Assembly: GCF_006345805.1 (NCBI RefSeq)
Contig: NC_043002.1
Coordinates: 23,188,001 to 23,252,000, forward strand
DNA: 64,000 nucleotides
Source: Octopus sinensis
Lineage: Eukaryota
Direction of reading: 5' to 3'
Position numbers and translations under genes: made by a program. This document shows positions 53,584-64,000 of the stretch, piece by piece (the stretch's first letter is position 1; each line of letters begins with the position of its first letter). The notes below the pieces were generated by a model. That model made no database searches and was not told the DNA's origin. It saw only the letters and a program-made list of their open reading frames with translations.

Positions 53584-53684
53584 TCTACGCTGAAGAGAAA
53601 AGAATTTTTTGGTAAGATAGAATTATTTAATATTTAATTCTTATGCTTTCCTAAAAACTTGATTTCGAAACATACGTCCGTAGA
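53584..53684 (+). ncRNA. Second copy of the long-stem-II hammerhead; predicted cleavage after C53678
   Basis: Same motif. Stem III reads CAUACG (one mismatch) and there is one substitution in stem II. Confidence 0.75.
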
Positions 53685-53873
53685 TAACTTAAATTGTATG
53701 ATAGATTGCCGTCAATTCATTCTCTCTTACCTGTTTGTGTCTGCCTTCCAATGCTGTTTTTACTGAGATCTCCCTTTTTAGTAGAAGAAATAGCTATAAC
53801 TCTTTGACTGCTATTTCTAAATTCGGTATGTGGTAAGGCAATTCGTTGCTAAACCCTTTATTGCTTAGTATAT

Positions 53874-53916
<43 letters not shown>

Positions 53917-54314
53917 CTATTTGTGAATCATACTTAATGCAGATACATCATGAAAGGGCAAATTAACAGTGTTATTCGTCTGGAGATATTACTTATGGAC
54001 GTCCTGTGTTTAAAAATACAAATATATCAGTGGCAGACAAGACTCCCGCAGCAGCGGTGATGAGAATACTACATGGCTATTTCTGACTTGAGCTTTGTCA
54101 GTTTGGATGCTAACCGCATCCAAAGACAAAATCCATCCTACTAATATAGTTAAAAACTGAGTGAGAAATCACTGATGTTGCGGTTAGCCCCCCGGGTGCA
54201 CCAAACATCCTTTATGTGCAACGGAAGCACTTTTAGATCAAAATAACAATTTCTGTATGTCTTTCTGTGATCTATCTGCATCAGTATGCTACTAATATAT
54301 TTGTGGGTTTTAAA

Positions 54315-55185
54315 GCGGCGAGCTGACAGAAACGTTAGCACGCTGGGCGAAATGCTTAGCGGTATTTCGGCTGCCGCTACGTTCTGAGTTCAAATTCCGC
54401 CGAGGTCGACTTTGCCTTTTATCCTTTCGGGGTCGATATAATCGACTTAATCCGTTTGTCTGTCCTTGTTTGTCCTCTCTGTGTTTAGCCCCTTGTGGGT
54501 AGTAAAGAAATAGGTATTTCGGCTGCTGTTACGTTCTGAGTTCAAATTCCGCCGAGGTTGACTTTGCCTTTCATCCTTTCGGGGTCGATTAAATAAGTAC
54601 CAGTTACGCACCGGGGTCGATTTAATCGATTTAATCCGTTTGTCTGTCCTTGTTTGTCCCTCTATGTTTAGCCCCTTGTGGGTAGTAAAGAAACAAGTAT
54701 TTCGTCTGTCTTTTCGTTCTGAGTTCAAATTCCGCCGAGGTCGACTATTCCTTTCATTCTTTTGGGGTCGATTAAATAAGTACCTGTTACGCACTGGGTT
54801 CGATGTAATCGACTTAATCCGTTTGTCTGTCCTTGTTCGTCCCCTCTGTGTTTAGCCCCTTGTGGGTAGTAAAGAAATAGGTATTTCGCCCGTCGCTACG
54901 TTGTGAGTTCAAATTCCCCCGAAGTCGACTTTGCCTTTCGGGGTCAATAAAATAAGTGCCAATCAAGCACTAGAGTCGATGTAATCGACTAGTTCCCTCC
55001 CCCTAAATTTCAGGCTTTGTACCTATAATAGTAAGGATTATTATTATTATTGCGAGTCGCCGAGGTTGACTTTGCCTTTCATCCTTTAGGAGTCGGTGAA
55101 ATAAATACCAGTTACGCACTGGGGGTCGATGTAATCGACTTGCCCTTCCCCTCAAATTTCAGGCCTTGTACTTACATTAGAAAGG

Positions 55186-55190
<5 letters not shown>
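54315..55190 (+). mobile_element. SINE-B head followed by head-less tandem body repeats (concatemer)
   Basis: About four repeats of GGTATTTCG...GAGTTCAAATTCC...GTGGGTAGTAAAGAAA with a period of ~150-185 bp. Confidence 0.85.
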
Positions 55191-55235
<45 letters not shown>

Positions 55236-55247
55236 CATCATCATCAT

Positions 55248-55331
<84 letters not shown>

Positions 55332-57324
55332 GCACGGGTATTGCATTGGGATATTCAGCAAAGAGCCAGGTACAGCGTTTTGCAGTATATTTTCAGTTCA
55401 TAAGCTGTCGATAGCTACATTGTTTTTTGTTTTTTTTCCATTATTATTATTCATCTGAGGTCGATAAAATCGGTTGCCACCCTCCCTCACTATTAGTATC
55501 CCTACGCCAATCAATATCGGACTTCACTTTCATTATTCTGGAGTTCGCACGCCGGACAAAATATTTAGCGGCATTTCGTTCGTCTTTACATTCTGAGTTC
55601 AAATTTCAACGAGGTCGACTTTTGCCTTTCATCTTTTCGGGGGTCAATAAAATAATTACCTAGCAAGCATTGGGGTCGGTGCAATCGACTTGTCGCCTCC
55701 CACGAAATTGCTGGCCTTGTGCCTATAGTGGAAAGTATTATTCTGGAGTCGATAACATAACTACTAATTAGGTACAGGCGGGGGGTGGGGAACATTCGAC
55801 TCGATCCTCTCGCAAGCTGTTTAATCATGTAACTGTATTTCTATCTTCTATCTTTTACTTGTTACAGCCATTGGACTGCGGCAATACTGGAGCATCGCCG
55901 TGAATGAACGCTTTAATCGAACACCCCACCCCCTCAGTGCTTATTTTTTAAAGTCTGGTGCTTATCGGTCTCTTTGCCGAACTTACGGGTATGTAAACAA
56001 ACACTGCTTGTCAAGCACGGCGAAGCAGGCCAAACAACCACACATATATTATATGATGTACTTCCGTCTACCAAATTCACTCACAAGACATTAGTCGTCC
56101 CGGGTCTATAGTAGAAATTACTTGCCCAAGATGACACGCAGCGGGACTAAACCAGAACCACGTAGCTGCAATGCAAGCTTCTTAACAACGCAACTATGCT
56201 TGTGTCTTGGAAATATTATTCAAACTTCTTTGCGGTATATATTTACCTCCCTTTAAGTTGTCGGTATTGAGTGAAGTGAAAGAGTTAGTTGCGAAAATAG
56301 CTCGTAATATGTACAGCGTACAATATTGAATCCCAACAGAAATGTCTACATTTTAGAAGCCACTTTAATCCTTTTGCTCCACTGTAGATTCTTATTGCGG
56401 AAGGTGAAATTTCAACAAGTAGTCTGGGCCAAGTATATTGTTTGAAAAATACAAAGGTCAGATGTCATTCCTAGGTTTAGGTTCATGTGGCCGGTTTCCT
56501 GGATTCTGTGGTGTCTATACTTCCCACTGGATAGGACGCCAGTTCATGGCAAATTACTCACTTTTGTCTCTGAGTGGACTGGAGCAACATGAAATGAAAA
56601 TGTTTTGCTCACGGACATAACGCATAGCCTGATCCAGGAATCGAAACAACAATCTTATAATCATGAGTGCAACAGCCTAACCACTAACCCACACGCATCC
56701 ACAAGGATATCGTTGTTTTATATAATCAGAGGCTGTGGTTGACAATTAGTAAAATTTGCCCCACTAATTTCCTTATTAATGATTTCTAATTTAGCAAAAT
56801 GAAAATTTTGGAGAGAGGTGTTTAGTCAACCATATCAACCCCATTTCTTGATTATTTTAGTTTGTCGACCTTGGGGTGGGGTGAAAGGCAAAGTAGTTCA
56901 GCAGAATCCGAACTCAGAACATAAATCATTCATTCCGTTGATCTAACCATTCTTCTTAAATGTTTCTGACTTAGGCACAATGCCAGCCATTTTGAGGTGA
57001 GGGTGTTAGTCAACACCAACGAACCATGTGTGTGACAAATACTTTATTTTATCGACCCTATGACGAAGAAAGGCAAATTTAACCTCAGCAGGAATTCAAC
57101 TCATAGCATGAAGAATGTGAAAAAATATCACAAGGCATTTTGTCCGATGCTCTGACGATTCTGTCAGTTTACCACCTTCCGCTCTTTACTATTCATAAGA
57201 CTAGCATAAAATTTACAGTCATATACTTCTGTTCTCTTTACCAAGGTGTTGGAAGAATTCAGTTTTATAAACGATCTTGATTTTATAAAATATGACAACT
57301 TGCCTCTTTTTCAATCCTTACTGG

Positions 57325-57732
57325 TAGCATTGGATTAACCATTAGCAAAATAAGCACGCGCTTATGGCATCAAGGGAAGAGGACACCACAGAAATGGTAA
57401 ATAGTTTACGGTACAAAAGAAATCACCTTAAACTTGCTATAATTATATTTGCAGTGGTTTATATAATCGGCAATATGATATCGAAGTGTTCGTGGTGTCA
57501 TACTGAGAATCTGATCAATAGCTTTGCAATTACACAAGTCGGAGAAAACGTTTCAAATATAAATAAAGTGGAAGTATACAAAAATATACATTTTTATCCA
57601 TCTTACTATTAGTTTTGTTTTATTTTGAAAAATAAAAATTTATTGAATGGATATTTATATTTTGAATTACAAAAATATGAGCACCAAAATTTTTAAGAAC
57701 TTAAGGCATCTATGGGTCTTAATCCGGCCCTG
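57325..57732. mobile_element. hAT-like MITE, homologous to 23238-24054
   Basis: Ends TAGCATTGGATTAA ... TTAATCCGGCCCTG. Shared internal sequence. Confidence 0.7.
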
Positions 57733-58182
57733 ATCACCAGCCGTTCGGTAGACCAGTGTAAAGATGTTTAATTTTATATCTTAAAGATTCTTGTACATCC
57801 CATAACTGCATCATTTTCACTTGTGAACTGCCTTTCGACAAATTCATTATTCCATTTATTGCTTCCAGCATTTTGTCAGTTACAAAACCAAAGTACATAA
57901 GTTATATGTACGAGCGAGTTCTATCAGAAATTGGCTCCATTTGTATAACCTCTTTATTTATAGAACCTTAGACGCAAAGAATTCCTTCCTTTACAAGCTC
58001 ACTGTCTTCACCAGTGAACTAATGAATGTCAGATCAGCTACATATGTATGTATACATGAATGTATGTATGTATGTATGTATGTATGTATGTATGTATGTA
58101 TGCATGCATACAAGTGTGTATGCAAGCATGTATCTATAAATGTATACATGCTTGCAGGCATGATGGATGATTTGATGAACGG

Positions 58183-58248
<66 letters not shown>

Positions 58249-58252
58249 TATA

Positions 58253-58288
<36 letters not shown>

Positions 58289-58896
58289 GATAATAACAAA
58301 GGGTGATTGAAATGTGAATGAATATGGATTAAATATATAGATATTGATATATACATATATATATGTATATATATATCTATATATATATATATATATTATA
58401 TTTATTATATATAATGCATGTATATATATGCATGTATATATATGCCTGCATGTATATATATATATATATATAGCTGTGTGTGTGTGAGTAGATAGATAGA
58501 TATGTAAATTGCGGTATCGGCATTACATTTAACTCACTGTTCCACTGTGTGATCTAACTGTCATCAGAATTCAAGAGCATTATTGAAAGAAAATGAAGCA
58601 TCAAATATCCTTTCATATTTCCATGAAACTTCTGACTGGGGAAATTCTTTTTCCTTTGTACAACAGTTGCATCTATTAATGAGTGAATGTGGGCCTCAGT
58701 GTGCATGTGCGCATGTGCACGCGCGGGCGTGCATGGCCAATGATGTTGACTTCTGATGATACTGTGATAACGTATTCAGTCTTTTATTGGTGTATATATA
58801 TATTATATATATATATATATATAATTAATGTAGGTTGTCAAGCGATGGCTGACACACACATACACACACACACACACAACACACACACAATTAAAT

Positions 58897-58966
<70 letters not shown>

Positions 58967-59220
58967 TATACTATACATATATACAGGGGGGTGGAATTCA
59001 CAAAAAAAAACAAAAACAAAAGACGAAGACGGGTGTGTAGACAACAACATGTATTAGTATAACGTTCGGGAAGTAAAAAGTCTTTAACGTTTCGAGCCTA
59101 CGCTCTTCCACGCTCTTCCACCAGAGTAAACACATAAATGTTAAACAAGGTGGAAAAAAGAGTACTCAAATACCAGGGGTAGAGTAATATGCTTTATTTA
59201 AAAGCAGCAGAAAATTCAAC

Positions 59221-59268
59221 AAAACCTGTTACTCTGAGTTTCACGTTCCCGTTCGTCGGACAGTTTTT
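59221..59268 (-). ncRNA. Minimal type I hammerhead ribozyme (U4C variant)
   Basis: Minus strand: AAAACUGU [I] CCGACGA ACG-GGAA-CGU [II] GAAA CUC-A-GAG [III] UA, then ACAG(G)UUUU [I']. Confidence 0.7.
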
Positions 59269-59467
59269 GCTAGAATATATATGTATATATACATATATAT
59301 GTATATATACATATACATAGGTGCAGGCGTGGCTGTGTGGTAAGAAGCTTGCTTCCCAATCACATGATACCGGGTTCAGTCTTCTACTATAGCCTCGGGT
59401 CGACCAAAGCCTTGTGAGCGGATTTGGCAGACGAAAACTGAAAGAAGTCGTATGTGTGTGTGTGTGT

Positions 59468-59504
<37 letters not shown>

Positions 59505-59689
59505 GCGTGACAGAAGTCAAAAGACACCCTTATAACCATTACAATTTATTTAAAGCTGAAATTATACATTTCAAATTATTTATTAATTACAACAATGTGA
59601 ATATCTAATATTTAGCAGACATGCCCTTTGCATTATTCAATGCAAGGATCCTATAAGGCATGCTACTCACCAGATAACGAATATTCTCT

Positions 59690-60070
59690 CGGGCAATTTC
59701 TTGACAAGTTTCATGCAATAATCTCAAAAGAGGATTATCCTTCATGCTTCACCTGCAAAGCAAAGGGTCCGGTGAGAGTCCTCTGGTCGACCTGGGCAAG
59801 ATGATATAGACTCCTTCCCTTCTCTGGTAAATTAGAAAGCGGGATCCCAAGGTTTTCTGCAATTTTACGCTACATCCACCTTCAGATTCACCCACAATAA
59901 GGCCTCTTTGAAACTGAGACAGTTCCAAGGATTCTTCTGTACGTGGCATGATTAAACAGTCATATATAGAAACTGAAACATAAAAATGTCCATTAGTAGA
60001 AAATATAAATCTTTTCAAATTAAACATAAAACAATGTTTATAGGATGTCTATTTACTTCTGTCGAGTCTG
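59690..60070 (-). mobile_element. Tc1-like 5' fragment
   Basis: ORF remnant ELSQFQRGLIVG. TA-flanked terminus CAGACTCGACAGAAG. Confidence 0.6.
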
Positions 60071-60319
60071 TATGTACATATATATATATATATATATATA
60101 TCGCTAGCCACTACAAATTCTTTATTTTTTCGCCTTGTTTCTTTCTGTGTGCCTTTCGGTGGAAGAGCGTAGGCTCGAAACGTTAAAGACTTTTTTACTT
60201 CCCGAACGTTATACTATTACATGTTTGTTGTCTACACAACCTGTCTTCGTCTTTGTTTTTGTTTTTTTGTGAATTCCACCACCCCCCTGTATATATGTAT
60301 ATGTATATATATATATAAT

Positions 60320-60350
<31 letters not shown>

Positions 60351-60604
60351 TATTTATATATTTGTGATTTAATTGTGTGTGGTGTGTGTGTGTGTGTGTG
60401 TCAGCCATCGCTGACAACCTACATTGGTGTGTTTACGTTCCCGAAACTTAGTGGTTCGGCAAAAGAGACCGATAGATTAAGGCTTACAAAAAGTAGATTC
60501 TGAGGTCAATTCCTTCGACTAAAGGCAGTGCTCAGCATGGCCACAGTCAAATGACTGAAACAAGTAAAAGAATAAAAGAATATATATATATATATAAAAA
60601 TATT

Positions 60605-60641
<37 letters not shown>

Positions 60642-61250
60642 CATATATATATATATTTTATTTTATCTAGTTTCAGCTCACGAGCTGTGGCCATGCTGGG
60701 GCACCGCCATATATATATATATACATATATACACACGCACACATACATAATACACTTGCCTCATATACATGCTCTCACACGTAAACACGTACACAGACGT
60801 ACACATACATACACACACACACACATACACACACACACACACATAAACACAGATGCAACAGTCACAAGAGGAATGGATTTTTTTCATTCCGAAGAATTTT
60901 CATTGAAATATGGAAATATATATGTGGTACTTATTTTTTTTTATTTTTTAATATTCTCCTTGGATGATCGATAATGCGGTTGAGTAGCAGCAACAGCAGC
61001 CGTAGTAGCAGCAGCAACAGCAGCAGCAGTTGCAGTAGTAGTGGTAGTAATAATTATGTTGTTGTCGTCGTCGTTGTTGTTGCGGCTGCTGCTGTTATTG
61101 TTATATCCAGAATTTCTATTATATAAATATATATATATATATGAGCGGGTCTGTGCACATATATGTAAAAGTATGTGTGGGTGAATGACATATATATGTA
61201 TAATATATATTATATATATAATATATATATATATATATAATATATATATA

Positions 61251-61414
61251 GGCGCAGGAGTGGCTGTGTGGTAAGTAGCTTGGCTTACCAACCACATGGT
61301 TCCAGGTTCAGTCCCACTGCGTGGCATCTTGGGGAAATGTCTTCTACTATAGCTTCGGACCGACCAAAGCCTTGTAAGTGGATTTGGTAGATGGAAACTG
61401 AAAGAAGCCGTCGT
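61251..61414 (+). mobile_element. SINE family A, 5' part
   Basis: Matches 2758 onward. Confidence 0.85.
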
Positions 61415-61491
61415 ATATATATGTGTGTGTCTCTGTATGCATGTATGCATGTATATATATATATATATATAATAACTTTCTTGACAACCTA

Positions 61492-61572
<81 letters not shown>

Positions 61573-61573
<1 letters not shown>

Positions 61574-62165
61574 TAGGTTGTCAAGAAAGTTCTGGCAGTC
61601 TTTAACCATTAAATTCAGATGTTCATATCTCGGCTCAAACAAAACTTTATTAATCGAAATAAATACCATCAGAACCAACACACTTTCGCCAACGCGAAAC
61701 AAGTTTATTTATGCCAGTAGCGTAAAAAATCCTGCGTTCTCGTGGCGATGAAGTCGTTGAAGACGTGTTCGGCATTGTCTTGATTTTTGAAGCATTTCTC
61801 ACGCAGGAACTTGTGTCGTGATGCTTGAAAAAGTCGTGGTTGGTAGGCGAGATGTCTGGTGTGTATGGCGGATGAGACAGAGTTTCGTAGCCCAATTCGT
61901 TCAACTTCTGCAGGGTCAGTTGTGCGACGTGCGGTCGAGCATTGTCGTGGAGAAGAATTGGTCCTTTTCTATTGACCAATGCTGGCTGTTGTCGGAGTTT
62001 CTTATGTATTTCATCCATTTACTAACTGTACTTCTCTGCCGTAATGGTTTCGCCTGGATCCAAAAAGCTGTGATAAATGAGACCGGCCGCAGACTACCAA
62101 ACAGTCACCATGAAATTCTTTTAGTGAAACTTTGGCTTCAGGAAGTGCCGTAGAGCTTCGTCAGC
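61573..62165 (-). mobile_element. 5'-truncated mariner (3' half of transposase plus 3' TIR)
   Basis: RKGPILLHDNARPH...HPPYTPDISPT. TIR TA|TTAGGTTGTCAAGAAAGTT. Confidence 0.88.
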
Positions 62166-62856
62166 AGCCCTTGCCGATGATTCAGCAGCCCTTGCTATAT
62201 ATATGTCATGCAGTGTCAAAATAATAATAAAGGAATATGAATGGAGTTTAGTTTCCGTTCAAAGTAAGTGCAGGGCGTTACACAGAAAGTGTAAAGCCTC
62301 ATATTTCAGTAAGAAATCAATAGCAACATGATCTATTATTCCCAGATATGAGTTTTATTTTCCTCCCACATTCAAACTATCAGCTTTTGAAATCTATTTT
62401 CCATCGGTGTATCTTTGTAGGATTTAAAATTTAGAGTTAAATTAAAAAGATTTCAAATAATTCTAAAGTAGTATTTTTTTTTTCTCTCATTCGTTATTTT
62501 TGAGTGATTACACATATGAGATGCTTGAAGAAAGGAAAACGTTATCTAACGAGTTATAAGAATTAGGGATAGTTTTTTTTTTCTGTTTTTCTCTTTGGAT
62601 TTTTTTGGAAGATTATTTGTGAGTTATGTAGAATAAATATTAAGCAATGAAGAAAATATTAAATATAAATAATAGTTTTTAGTTAGATTATAGCTTAATT
62701 CTTATCTTAGCCGAAAAATCCTTTCAGTTATTTAATGCGTAATTAGTGTATGAATATGTATGCAGGTATAGTATACGGGGTATTTACGTATGTATGCACA
62801 TATATATATATACCACACCCACACAACACACCACACAATATATATATATATATATA

Positions 62857-62912
<56 letters not shown>

Positions 62913-62952
62913 AATATATATACATGTATATAAATATATATATACATGTGTG

Positions 62953-62998
<46 letters not shown>

Positions 62999-63341
62999 AA
63001 ATAATATATAAATATATGTATATATACATACCTATATGTACATACCTACATGCATATGTATATATACATGTATATATGGGTACAGGACATCGACAAAACG
63101 TTGAACACAATGAGAAACGAAAACATAAAAACAAAAACATAGAAATGAACTTTTTTCGAACAACGAAAAAAACAGAGAAACGAGACATGCAACATAAATA
63201 ACATTCCCCTTCTTCAGTTGTCCCTGTTTCATCTACTCCGTGTTTCGATATATATACAGTTTTATATATACTTTATGCAATGTATATTTGTATATTTTTA
63301 AAAGCATATATTATATCTGTATACACTCACACACGCGCTTA

Positions 63342-63410
<69 letters not shown>

Positions 63411-64000
63411 TGCATGTAAATATGTAAATGCATGACTGCATGCATACATACATATACATACATACATACATACATACATACATACATACATACATACATA
63501 CATACATACATACATACATGCATGCATGCATACATAAACACGTTGACAAGCCACACAGGAAAAGACAGAGCGCTACCTTCTGAAGCCAAGAAGATAGCTC
63601 TGAATACATGTTCCTGTCTCAATAGACGTCACCAGCACAACAGTGACACTACTGTGTCTCCAGTAGAGTGATATACTTAGATATACATCTGCAGAAAGGA
63701 GCACGACCCATTTATGGCGTAGGTGATTTGCAAAAATGAAATGCTAATAGCTAAGAGAATTAATTTCGAAGCTAATGGTGAGCGCCTTCACCATCAAAAT
63801 ATCCAAGTACAAGTCCTCCGACGAATTTACTGAGAACATTTAAATCTAAAGTCTATAATCATATTTGCTCATTCAGAAATATTGATAAAAGGGAAAACAT
63901 TTGCCTGTTTTTCTTTTTTCTTACTGAAAAACCAAAGGAATACAAACGACAAAATTAAATGGAAACTCATCGAAAACGCCGCGTCATTCTTGCAGAATGT

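Larger units (their letters stand above)
52492..53871 (+). mobile_element. Hammerhead-containing tandem repeat (~595-bp unit, ~2.07 copies, 52639-53871) preceded by an inverted partial unit (52492-52633), inserted in (TA)n
   Basis: TGTGGTAAGGCAATTCG starts at 52639, 53230 and 53829. Fold-back GCCTTACCACA-ATGGT-TGTGGTAAGGC. TA runs on both flanks. Confidence 0.88.

Noticed and set aside
63205-63250. Minus-strand GAAACAC ... CTGAAGAAGGGG as a permuted hammerhead
   Set aside because: No stem I hairpin or closing stem II could be drawn.

Overview
Repeat-saturated, AT-rich animal genomic DNA. The SINE families and microsatellite load point to an octopus (Octopus sp.; inferred, not searched). No protein-coding host gene can be firmly supported, and most ORFs in the supplied track are translations of microsatellites. 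Ordinary content: two tRNA-derived SINE families, several Tc1/mariner elements (one full length), hAT-, Merlin- and Helitron-like non-autonomous elements, a solo LTR and a LINE tail. The main result is a set of hammerhead-ribozyme (HHR) repeat elements inserted into (TA)n microsatellites. (1) 5294-8111: about 7.1 tandem ~361-bp units plus an inverted partial unit, each with a type I HHR whose core reads UUGAAAA, a compensatory U3-A8 swap of the C3-G8 tertiary pair. (2) 52492-53871: about 2.1 tandem ~595-bp units plus an inverted partial unit, each with a canonical-core type I HHR and a ~70-nt stem II. (3) A near-canonical HHR at 59221-59268 and several decayed relatives. The architecture (inverted 5' partial copy, non-integer tandem copies, TA target) suggests Penelope-mobilised, retrozyme-like circular RNAs. 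Array 1 sits in one arm of a ~2-kb near-perfect palindrome whose other arm preserves the empty site. Scattered 1-bp indels suggest an error-prone long-read assembly, so copy-level differences and the palindrome need read-level confirmation.
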